Source: Mobula birostris | Taxonomy: Eukaryota | Direction of reading: 5' to 3' | Assembly: GCF_030028105.1 (NCBI RefSeq) | Contig: NC_092370.1 | Coordinates: 85,642,969-85,706,968 of the forward strand | DNA length: 64,000 bases | Shown: in pieces, positions 39,501 to 50,999 of the stretch | Layout: each line of letters opens with the position of its first letter | How positions within the stretch are numbered: the stretch's first letter is position 1 | Program-made: the position numbers and the translations under genes | Notes under the pieces: generated by a model | Database searches by the model: none | The model's input: only the letters and a program-made list of their open reading frames with translations | Told to the model about the DNA's origin: nothing

Positions 39501-39734
39501 CATCAGCCTTTGTCTCTACACTCTTCCTTCATTCTACCCCATCTGCCCATCATCTCCACGTTATATGGTTCTATCTATCACTACTAGTTTCTGCCAAACC
39601 CCTCTACCATCTGCTCATCATCCCCTCATCTGGTTCCACCCATCACCTACCAGCCTCTGGCTCACCACCTGCCCCTCACCCCCACAGTTATAAATACAGC
39701 TCTCTACCCCTCACATTTTTAGTCCGGTTATAGT

Positions 39735-42700
39735 CAGAGAAAACTGAAGCACAGAAGCAGTCCCCTTGGCCCATCTGGTCTGTCTCGAACCATTTAAACT
39801 GCCTAGTCTCATTGACCATCACCCAGATCATACCCCTCCAAACACTTCCCTCCATGTACCTAACCAAACTTCTCTTAAATGTTGAATAGAAATTGCATTC
39901 ACCACTTGTGCTGGCAACTCATTCTACACTCTCACCACCCTCTGAATAACGACGTTCCCCTCACGTTTCCCTTAAACATTTCACCTTTCACCTTTAACCC
40001 ATGACTTCTAGTTGTAGTCTCATCCAACCTCAGTGCAAAAAGCCTGCATGTACCCCATCTATACCCTCCATAATCTTGTACAGTATCAAATCACCCCTCT
40101 ATCATCTATGTTCTAATGAAGTTTTAACCTATTCAATCTTTCCTTAAAGTCCCAGCAGGTCCTCAAGTCCCGGCAACACCCTTGGAAGTTTTCTCTGTAC
40201 TCTTTTAATCTTATTTACATCTTTCCTGCAGGAAGGTGGCCAAAACTGCACACAAACTGCCTCACCACTGTCTTATACAATTTCAACATACATCCCAACT
40301 CCTGTACTCAATACCTTGATCTATGAAGGCCAATGTGCCAAAAGCTTTCTTTATTTTCATATTTATCTGTGACACCACTTGCAATGAACATGACCTGTAT
40401 TCTCAGATCCTTTTGTTCTACCACACTCCTCAGTGCCCTACCACTCACTGTGTAAGACCTTCCCTGGATAGTCATCCCAAAATGCAACACCTCACACTTG
40501 ACTGCATTAAATTCCATCTGCATTTTTCAGCCCATTTTTCCAGCTGGTCCAGATCCCACTGCAAGCTTTGATAGTCTTCCACAAGGACCCAGCACTGATC
40601 CCTGCGGGGCTCCACTAGTCACGGGCCTCCAGTCAAAGAGACAACCATTTACTCCCACTCTCTGTCTTCTCCCGCAAAGCCAATGTCTAATCCAATTTAC
40701 CCCTCATCTTGAATTTCAGATGACTGAAACTTCTTCACCAACCTCCCATGCAGGACCTTGTCAAAGGCCTTGGTAAGGTCCATGTAGACACCATCCACTG
40801 GCTTCATCAACTTTCCTGGTAACTTCCTAGAAAAACTCTGTGAATTGGTTAGACATGACTTAACACACACAAAGCCATGTTGACTATTGCTAATTAGTCC
40901 CTGTCTATTCAAATACTTATATATCCAGTGCCGTAGAACATCTTCCACTAACTTTCCCACTACTGATGACAGGCTCACCTGTCTAAAATTTTCTGGCTTT
41001 TTCTTAGAGACTTTGTTAAACAGTGCAATAACATTAGATATAATCCAGTTCTCCGGCACCTCACCTGTGGCTAAGGATGTTTTAAATATCTCTGCTGGGG
41101 CTCCTGCAATTTCTACATTAGCCTCCCACAGGGTCTGAGGGAACACCTTGTCAGGCTCTGGAGATTTATCCACCCAAATTTGCCTGAAGACTGCAAACAG
41201 CTCCTTCTCTGTAATCTGTACAGGGTCCATGACCTCTCTGCTGCTTTGCCTCACTTCCATAGACTCTGTGTCCATCTCCCAATTAAATACAGATGCAAAA
41301 AAAAATCATTTTGAGATCTCCCCCATCTCTTTTGGCTCCATGCATAGATTACCAATCGGATCTTCCGGAGGACCAATTTTGTCCTTTGCAATCCTTCTGC
41401 TCTTAACATTTCTGTAGAAGCCCTTAGGGTTCTCCTTCACCTTGTCTGCTAGAGCAGCCTCATGCCTTCTTTTAACCCTCCTGATATCCTTAAGTGTTCT
41501 CTTGCATTTCTTATACTCCTCAAGTACCTCATTTATTCCTACCTGCCTGTAGCTGCTATGCACCTCCTTTTTCTTAACCAGGGCCTCAATATTTACCGAA
41601 CACCAAGAGATATCTAAACCTGTTATCTTTACCTTTTACTCTGACAGGCACATACAGGCTTTGTACTCTCGAAATTTCACTTTTGAAGGCCTTCCACTTA
41701 CCAAGTACTCCTTTGCCACCTTTGCCAGAAAACAACCTGTCCCAATCCACAGCTGCCATATCTTTTCTGATACCATCAAAATTTCAACCTGAGGACCAGA
41801 CCTATCCTTTTCCATAATTACCTTCAAGCTAATGGCATTATGATCACAAAATGGAAAATGTACCCCTACTCAAAACTTCTGTCATCTGCCCAGCCTCATT
41901 TCCTAATAGCAGATCAAGTACCACACAATCTCTCATTGGGACTCTTGCGTACTGATTACGGAATCTTTCCCGAATGCGTTTGACAAATTCTATCCCATCT
42001 AGTCCTTTTACACCATGGGAGTCCCAGTCGATATGTGGAAAGTTAAAATCACCTACTATAACAACCTTATGTTTCTTGCAACAGTCTGAGATCTCTCTAC
42101 AAATTTCTTCCTCTAAATCCCACGGACCATTAGATGGTCTGTAACATAATCCCATTAACATGGCCATACCTTTTCTTAATTCTCAGTTCCACCCATAAAA
42201 CCTCACTAGATGAGTTCTCCGGTATGTCCTGACTGAGCACTGCCATCATATTTTCCCTGACTAGTAACACCACTCCTCCTACTCTATCACATCTATTGAG
42301 CGGCCAGTGCTGCCTCTCCCGCAACCAAGTCACATTAATGGCTATAAAATTATAATGCCATGTGTTGATCCAAGCCCTGAGCTCATCTGCCTTTCCTATA
42401 ATACTTCTTTCATTGAAGTATACACAACTCAGAACTTTAGTCCCACCGTGCTCAATCTTTTGATTCTTGACCTTGTCTGAGGTCTTAACAACATCTGTCT
42501 CCACAACCACCCACTATCTGTTCTGGCACTCTGGTTCCCATCCCCATATAGATCTAGTTTAACACCATCTCCCCACCTCCCCCCCCCCACCCCCATGCAG
42601 TACTAGCAAACATTCCTGCTAGTACCCCTCCAGTTTAAGTGCAAACCATCATCCATACAGGTTGCACCTTCCCTGGAAGAAAGCCCAATGATCCAAAATT

Positions 42701-43200
42701 CTAAAACCCTCCCTTGGAGATCAACTCCTTAGCCATGTATTAAACTGTATGATCTTCCTATCTCTGGCCTCACTAGCCTGCGGCCTGCGAACACAACCCT
42801 GGACATTCTGTCCTTTAACTTAGCACCTAACTCCCTGAACTCACTTTGCAGAATCTTGTCCCTCTTCCTACCTAAGCACAAACAAGAGAAAATCTGCAGA
42901 TGCTGAAAATCCAGTCTGGTCTGGTCCTGCTGAAGGGTCTCGGCCCGAAATGTCAACTGCACTCTTTTCCGTAGATGCTGCCTGGCCTGCTGAGTTCTTC
43001 TAGCATTTTCTGTGTGTTGCCTCTTCCTACCTACTTCCAAGAATGAATCATAAAAACTATCAGAACCCTGAAGCCCCCTCCCCCAATGAAGGAAACAGTA
43101 AATAAACTGAAAAAAAATCTACCTAATGCTTTTTGCCTTCTCTCACTCAAACTTCTCCTCGCTGAAGCCTCGAAGATCTAAAGCCTCAAAAACACCACTC
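39735..43200 (-). mobile_element. Long degraded CR1 LINE (ORF1 remnant, APE, RT, 3' tail)
   Basis: GDFNFPHIDW, DKSPEPD, YMDLTKAFDKV and QMEFNAVKCEVLHFG motifs, with many frameshifts. Confidence 0.88.
42875..43019 (+). mobile_element. Short Penelope-derived element with a 14-bp TSD, inside CR1
   Basis: TSD CCTCTTCCTACCTA at 42861-42874 and 43020-43033; degenerate hammerhead CTGCTGAAGGGTCTCGGCCCGAAATGTC. Confidence 0.8.
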
Positions 43201-43339
43201 TAGCACTGTTGCAGGTATCAGCCCAAAATGTCAACCATCCCTTTGCTTCCACAGATACTGTTGAACCATTGACTTGTTCCAGGAATTTTTCTTTTGCTCC
43301 AGTCCCTTGTATCTCCATTCATGTGAATGTGACTTGAAT

Positions 43340-43740
43340 TGTAGTGTATGAGCTGTAAAGAGCACTTGGACAAACTTAGATTGTTTTCTCTGGAGCTTTG
43401 GAGACAAAGAAGCCCAAAATTATGAAAACCATAAATAGGGTAGGCAGTTTCACTTTTCCTCTAGAGGACACAGGTTTAATGTGAGAGGGGGAGGTTTAAA
43501 GGAGATATATGAGGCCAGTATTTTTTAAACACAGAGGGTAGCAGGTGCTGGGACATCTTGCCAGGAAGTGGCAGAAGCAGATACACCAGCAACATTTAAG
43601 AGACATTTTGACCAATACAGCTGGAGATGAAGGGATATAGACCGTGTAGAGGAAGATGGGACTAATTTGGATTGGCATCATGGTTGGCACTGACATTGTG
43701 GGCCAAGGGGCCTATTCATGTACTGTACTGTTCTATGTTC
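43340..43740 (+). mobile_element. CR1 3' fragment
   Basis: Typical 3' end TGTACTGTACTGTTCTATGTTC. Confidence 0.75.
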
Positions 43741-44264
43741 ACTGTCAAATTGTGTACGACTGCAAGCTAACAGAAGTTTCAGAGAAAATGATATCTTTCA
43801 CCCACGATGTCATCTCACCACATGTTCCACTGATCTGACCACAGAGAAAATTCCAGATGAACAGCTTTAATAATCAACAGATGAACTTAAAAGGAACAAC
43901 AAACTTGAACTTGGAACTTGAGCTCAGAGTGGGGTGAAGCGGAATGAAGCATGAACAGTGGAATTGATTATTTTAACCAAATGGACCATCTTGATGCTAT
44001 TTGTGTTTTTATTTCTAAATACATTTAGATAGCATGTAACATGATAATGGGTTACAGTATTTCTATTTTGTACTTTGCCTGTATCACAGCAATAAACCAA
44101 CTATTGAAAGAGATGTGGAAATAATACATTGATTTCACTCTAACTGAACAGCACATTATTTCCAGCTATTACTACACAAGGATTATTTCACTGTCTCAAA
44201 CATTTATAATAATGGCACAAAACATAATGCAAAGATTGTACTGAATGAGAAGAGATATACTTAC

Positions 44265-44336
44265 AGGTGAATAAGTGATTTAAGTCCTCTAAAAGCATAC
44301 CTGGAGATGGACTGGATTTTATTGTTTTCTACAAAC
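44265..44336 (-). CDS. LGI1: LGI1-like exon 4 (72-nt LRR exon)
   Basis: FVENNKIQSISRYAFRGLKSLIHL with AG / GTAAG boundaries; follows an 88-nt intron. Confidence 0.93.
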
Positions 44337-44424
44337 CTAAAAGAAAGGTGAGCATTTCAGTATCATTTTGGTAGCACCCAATTACTATTCAGTGAGAATG
44401 TGTCCACAGTTGTCATCTACTTAC

Positions 44425-44496
44425 AAATACTCAAGCTGAGAGAGACCAAGGAAGGCATCATCACCAACAGTATCAAATGAGTTGGAGGTGAACAAG
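44425..44496 (-). CDS. LGI1: LGI1-like exon 3 (72-nt LRR exon)
   Basis: LFTSNSFDTVGDDAFLGLSQLEYL with AG / GTAAG boundaries. Confidence 0.93.
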
Positions 44497-44579
44497 CTGT
44501 TAGGAAAATAAAAGGAGAGTATTTTTCTTTTCAGGTGGTATATTACATCATTATTGTTGCTGACAATATTCATATGGGG

Positions 44580-44798
44580 GGAACGTCGACTCAGACCATG
44601 ATAGGCCTGCGTCGGGCATTTTCATGCCTTACAATTCGCAGATTGGAAGTCTGTGTGGGGCGCCAATCCTCGCACAGACTAGAGCAATGTGTGATTAAGT
44701 GCCTTGCTCAAGGGCACAAACACGCTGCCACAGCTGAGGCTCGAACTAGCAACCTTGAAGTAACTAGACGAACGCCTTAACCACCTGGCCACGTGCCC
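44580..44798 (-). mobile_element. tRNA-derived CORE-SINE
   Basis: On the minus strand: A box TGGCCAGGTGG, B box GTTCGAGCC, CORE-like GTGCCCTTGAGCAAGGCACTTAA. Confidence 0.78.
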
Positions 44799-45999
44799 AA
44801 CGTATTCATGTAAGTCAGTGTAATATGCTCTGTTTAAAACAGACACCTAAAAGTCTCTATCTTTTGACATCATTTCACTTTAAAGTAACATTAGCTGACC
44901 ATTCTTACTGAACGCTTGCCATTTCCTGGGTCAAGATGGTGCTGCCTAGCTGGTGCCAAGTTAATGAATATTCTGTTTTCTCTCTCCTAAACAGTAGACT
45001 TGGAAGAAGGAATGGTTATTTGCCTAGTATTGCCAGGTCATGCAAACTCAAGTTAAAAGCAACACTGAAAACCAAACTTGGCCACCACAGGCCATTAAAC
45101 ACCCTGCAAGCATTAAGGTAAACTAAATACTTCCATGCTCCCTTTAGAGAGCAAACTTTAAAGCAACCATAATCAAAGATTGTAATTTACACATATTTAA
45201 AATGGAGAAAAATACATTATTGAAAAACTGGGGGACTGAAGCCATGGGCATCTATCAGAGAGAAGAAAAATTGAGGCCAGCATAGATCAGCCATGATGTG
45301 TGGAATGGTGAGGAGGCTTGAGGGGCAGAGTGGCCTACTCCTGGTCCTATTTTCTTGTGTTCCTGTGTTATGGATTTGTAGCTGCAATAGTGATGTTCAC
45401 TTCCTTCATGTGGCTGTTTTGATACCACAATTGTAAGATTATTTCTGTATTTTATATTTTTACAGATGCTCCCTTTTACTTATAAGATAACAGAAATCAG
45501 TCCAAGGGGTTAACAATAGTAAGGAATAAATATGGCCCATTAGGGGTGTATTAGAGGTTCTTTCCAGAGATGTTACACTGAAGTCCCATCTTCCACCTAG
45601 AGTTATCTCTAGTCTCCTGTCTACAAGCACTTTGGAAGATACTGATATTGTCAAAGGCAAAAGAAATTTAGAACCTTTCCGTTAGCATCAGGGTCAAAAC
45701 AGTTCCAGTAGACAAATGGAAAAACTCACTGAATAACCCTTTCATGTAGAATGACAGAACTGTTAGGCAAAGAAGGAGACCACCAATATCACCAGGTCCA
45801 GTAACAGTTATTACCCCACAACTATCAGACTCCTGAACCACCGTGGATAACTTTATTCACCACAATTTCTTTCACCACTATTCTGAACTGATTTACTTTC
45901 AAGGACTCTTTACATCTCATGTTCTCAGGATTATTTTTATTTGCACAGGTTGTCTTTTGCACATTGATGTTCAAGTCAATGCCCTTATGACATATTTGC

Positions 46000-48340
46000 T
46001 CTTTCCAAGATGGCACTGGTGAATCACTGCGACGTGTTACAGGCTGCTTACAAAACTTCTACATATATTTCTGAATTATTCTTCCTGCAATCTGCGTACT
46101 GTAATTTCCCTTCAAACAACATACTTTTGAACCGTCTTCATGAATTAGCAATTTCATGATCTTCTGAAGGTCTCGGCAGATTTAACTCTCTAACATGCAG
46201 AAATGGCACCTTTAAGTATATCGCCATGGCTGGAAGAGAGGGAGGAGTGAAGGACTCTAAACTAGGATGAAACGCAAAGGAATGAAACTCCAGCATCTTG
46301 TTAACAAACGTTCAGTCACTGGAGAACAAGTTTGAGGACCTAAGGGCAAGATTGCTCTATTGGTGGGAAATGAGGAATTGCTGTGTTCTGTGTTTCACAG
46401 AAACGTGGCTCTCTCCAGACATGCCAAATACATGAGTAAAGAATCGTGTGCTTCTCAATACACTGGCTGGCCTGGACTGCTGATTCAGAGAAGGCAAAAA
46501 GGTGGTGGAGGGATGTGGGGGTTGTACTTCATGATAAACTCTCTGTGGTGCTTGGGTGCAGCAACCTAGAACATCTGATGATTAAGTTCTGACTGTTCTA
46601 CTCACCAAAAGAGTTCTCCTCCATGATCCTGATCGCATTTGACATACCACCAAAAGCAGATGTTAAATGAGCACTTGATGTTTTGAATGCCACGATTAGC
46701 AAACAGGAAACAGCCTATCCCGATGCTTTTCAAACCATAGTTAGGGACTTCATCAGGTTTGCTTAAAGAAATCTCTGCCCAATTATCATCAACATATCAC
46801 CTGCAGCACTGTTGACCATTGTTACACCATGATTAGAAATATCTACCATTCCATGCCTAGACCACGTTTCAGGAAATCTGATCACTTAGCTGACCCCCTC
46901 CGACCTACATACAGGCAGAGGCTAAAGAGCAAGACTTTCGAAAAAAGGACATCAAAGAGGTGGTTGCGGGAGGCAGAGGAGTGGCTACAGGATTGCTTCG
47001 AGTTGGTAGACTTAGTCTCGTTCAAAGACTCATCAGAGGAAATACACCATGATTGCCACAGATTTTATAAAAACAGTTGTAGACGAGTGTGTCCCCACAA
47101 AATCATTCAGTCTTCCCCAACCAGAAGCCCTGGATGAACGACTAGATCCACAACCTTCTGAGGGCCAGCTCAGTGGCATTAAGGTCTGGTGTCCAAGTTA
47201 AAGACAAGAGGTCCAGGTACGATCTCCGGAAAGCCATCTCACATGCAAAGTAGCAATTCAGCCCTAACTTAAATCACTGAAAGATGTTCAACGGTTGTGG
47301 CAGGGCTTGAGTGCCATCACCTCCCACAAAGTGAAACCAAGAGACGTAGGTGACAACAAAGTTTTGCTCCCAGATGAGCTCAATGCCTCTTATGCTCACT
47401 TTGACCACAAAAGCAAGGAGGCACCTTCACAAACTCCCACAGCCCCCAATGACCCTGTGATTTCAGTCTCTGAGCCCGATATGAGAGCATCCTTCAGGAG
47501 AGTGAACCCACAAAAAGCCTCTGGATCACAGCGGGTACTTGGCTGAGTACTAAAGACCTGTGCTGATCAGCTGGCTGGAGTGTTCACCAATAAGTTTAAC
47601 CTTTGCCTCAAGTAGGCTTCAATTATACCTGTACTTAAGAAGAATGTGGTAACCTGCCTCAATAACTATCATCCAGTAGCACTTACGTCCACAGTAATGA
47701 AGTGCTTTGAGAGGTTGTTAATGAAACATATCAACCCCTGCCTGAGAAGCAATTTTAGTCCATTCCAATTTTCCTACCATCACAACAGGTCACCAGCAAA
47801 TGTCATTTCATTGGCTCCTCATTCAATCATGGAACATCTGGACAGCGAAGATGCATTCAATAAAGATGCTCTTCATTGATTACAGCTCAGCATTCAATAC
47901 TATAATCTCCTCTGAACTAATCAATAAGCTTCAAGATCTTGGCCTCACTACCTCCTTGTGCAAATGGATCTTCTATTTCCTCACTGGCAGACCCCAGTCA
48001 GTTCATATCAGCAAGAACCTCTCTTCAACAATCTCTAACAGCACAGCTACAACACAGGGCTGTGTACCTAACTTCACTCATCCCATTACTGAACTGTTTC
48101 CTCAACCCATGGAATCACGTTCAAGGACTCTTCATCTCAAATTCTCAATATTTATTACTTATTTATTTAATTATATGGTTTTTTTGAATTTGCACATTGT
48201 CCTGTTGTGTGTGGTCTTTCAAATACAGTATTATATAGTGTTTCTTGGATTTACTGTGTATGCTTGCAAGAAAACGAATCTCGGGGTTGTATATGGTGAA
48301 ATACATGTACTTTGATAATAAATTTACTTTGAACTTTGAA
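46000..48340 (+). mobile_element. Rex1/Babar LINE with 5' end, APE and RT N-terminus; internally deleted near 48065
   Basis: CAAGATGGC 5' motif; SDH, CLNNYHPVALTSTVMKCFERL and [12 protein letters not shown] motifs; jumps from QGC to the 3' UTR; GAACTTT tail. Confidence 0.88.
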
Positions 48341-48989
48341 ATGCTGCTATGAACAAATCTATTTAAAAGCTGCTTGATGAGTTTTAACGGTTTAAAATCA
48401 TTTGAGTGTATACAATGTGTTTTATCCTCGTCCCCAGTAAGAAATTTAAAGTATTTTTGCTATAATTTAAAATAAATTATAATTTTACCCCTTTAGAAAT
48501 TTTGCTGCAGTCAATGCCTTTGCAGTTACCAAGGGCTGAGGTGCCAAAAATACCTGATTCCTTTCTCGAGTTTGGATGCGGCAAGCGCTTTTTAAATGGT
48601 TAATTTCTTTCCTATTATTGGAAAGGACTCATTTCCCCGCTCTATCTACATCTATGTCCGAACCTCTGTTGTTACAGAACCCAGTGCGAAGAATAATAAA
48701 CGAGGTTTTGAGAAAATCCTGAATAATTTGGTTCAGAAACATGGCAAATGACCCGCGTTGCGTTAGAGATTTCATATAACGATAATTTTTCCTCGCTGTT
48801 ATAATAGCCTGACGATTTAAGACAGACTTGTTGACTGCTAATCTTAGCATACACCATGGACCATTGCAATCATAAATGTTCTTGTTCTTGACACGTCCGT
48901 TGCTTCCACGCAAAATACGAAGGGAAATTTGGTAAAAAAAAACACACCAAGGACACGGTAGCCTACTCGAATAAACAGTGGAATCTTAC

Positions 48990-49061
48990 AGCAGCTGCAG
49001 AGACGGCATGAGTAAGAAGCTGCCTTCTGGGATTTCACTGAATCCAGACTTCACAAATGAT
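48990..49061 (-). CDS. LGI1: LGI1-like exon 2 (72-nt LRR exon)
   Basis: SFVKSGFSEIPEGSFLLMPSLQLL with AG / GTAAG boundaries. Confidence 0.93.
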
Positions 49062-49378
49062 CTGTAAACAAAATAACTGCATTAGAATGCCAGAATTACG
49101 AATGCTAATCAGCGGACATTGTTGGCAAACGCATACACTCCAATTTGGCCACAAAACCTAAATATTTTGTAAGTCGGGTTATCAGTATTCACGATAGTCT
49201 ATTTTTAGCTAATGAGTGACAGAGATGCAACAAAGGTAACATCCTTGTGTCTATTTATTGGTTCCGTACCGTACCGTACAGTGTTAATGCACCATTATAT
49301 AACCAGCATCTCAAGGCGTTTCCGCTTCCATTACTGTTAAATAACAGTTACATTGCATACCGCAGATAGAATACTCAC

Positions 49379-49563
49379 AAGGAGACCACACCAGAGGGAA
49401 AACTGTGGGGAATAGATTTTCTATTTTCACACAAAGCATTGTCCTTCGAGCAAGTGCATCCTGCAGGACATTTTACCGCTTTCTTTGCTTCAATTAAGAG
49501 CCATAAGTAGATAATCCACAGGAGCAAGGAACACCATTTTGCGTTTCTATTTCGATTTCCCAT
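49379..49563 (-). CDS. LGI1: LGI1-like exon 1 (signal peptide and LRRNT)
   Basis: [62 protein letters not shown], compared with human LGI1 [30 protein letters not shown] donor; in-frame stop upstream of the ATG. Confidence 0.92.
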
Positions 49564-50734
49564 TCTTCTATACACACTTGATGGCAATCGCGCCAAATGA
49601 TATCCCAGCTCATGAACTGGTTTGAGCCGTAACCCCCTTCTTGTCTGAAGCTAAAACTCTCCTGCTTAACAGCACAGTGGAACTGCAACTGAACTGTGTT
49701 CACTGGTGCTGCAAAGCTCCTCGGTGCCCTGTCTCCTTCCATTTCATCTTAGCCCAATAAATTGTTCGCGGTAGCAATGCAGAACCGCAAATACTTTTTT
49801 AATTTGCATTTTTTAATTCCTCATTTCTGCTTTTCCTTTATCGAAGCTGGGAAGTCTGTTCTTTAATTGCTTTATACATTTTTGTGTTGGCAAAATATCC
49901 GGATGGACCCTTCGCGATGAAATGGAACATGCTGGTCCTCAGGGAAATAAATGAAGAGGAAGTAAGTTGAATGGATACATGGCTCATCGGCTGCATGTGC
50001 AGAGGGAATCAACAAAATTAAACGAGATTGACGATGAAGTGACTGGAGATTCCCATTCAATAGAATTGATTATGTTCATCGAACACTTGATACCATTATA
50101 TAAGATGACAAATTCAAGTGTATTGATTCACCTTGAAATATTCAATATATTCTTACCGTACAGCAGAGAAATTGTCCCTTCTGCCTACCATATCTATGCT
50201 GATCATCAAGCCCATCTGTGCTGCTCACACTTGCCTGCATAGGGGCAATTCCATATCCCCTTATGCCCTAATCATTCAAGTAACTGTGCAGATGCTTCTT
50301 AAATGCTGTTACTGTTCCTGCTTCCACCACACCCTCTGGTAGCTCATTCTGGACACCAACTACTCTTGGTGTGAAAATTTTATCTTTCAGATTCCCTTTA
50401 ACCCTCTTCTCTCTGCCTGCATTCTGATATATTTTGTTGGAAGGGCGTTTACCGGCAATATCAGCTCAGGTCGGACCAGAGTCCTTGAATATATCTACTG
50501 CTATTTATGGGATGATAGGCATTCTATCCTTGGGAACATTTAAATAATTCACAGTAAATTACCATCAGAGATTATAGCCTGCAGACATCCAGCTCTGTAT
50601 CTTTAAAGCTACATATAGGTTTACATAGAAAAAGCCTGTCTTAATTTTATTCTGTACTTTCACTTGTCTATCTAAACTTAATGCATTATTTGGTAGATTG
50701 CATGCACAATATAGATGTGTAAAATGCCTTATGT

Positions 50735-50940
50735 AAACACAAGAGATTCTGTAGATGTTAGAAATCTTGAGCAACACACACACAAAATGCTGGAGGAACT
50801 CGGCATTTCAGGCAGGGTCAGAGAGGAATAAATAGTCAACATTTGGAGCTGAGACCCTTCATCAGGACTGATTGGGGCTATGAAGGGCCTGGTGTGAAAT
50901 AGCAACTGCTTATTTTCTCTCGATAGATGCTGCCTGATGT
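50735..50940. mobile_element. Penelope-derived inverted-repeat element (degenerate)
   Basis: CACAAAATGCTGGAGGAACTC, CCCTTCATCAGGACTG and GATGCTGCCTG segments. Confidence 0.7.
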
Positions 50941-50999
50941 GCTATGTAAAATGCTTTGTATTTTTAGTCACATCTTATTTCATATGCAAGCCTTTTAAG

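Noticed and set aside
39165-39733. Pro/Ser/Leu-rich ORFs
   Set aside because: Pyrimidine-rich low-complexity sequence, probably an old repeat remnant rather than a gene.
44725-44798. tRNA gene
   Set aside because: The A and B boxes run directly into a CORE-SINE body, so this is a SINE head.
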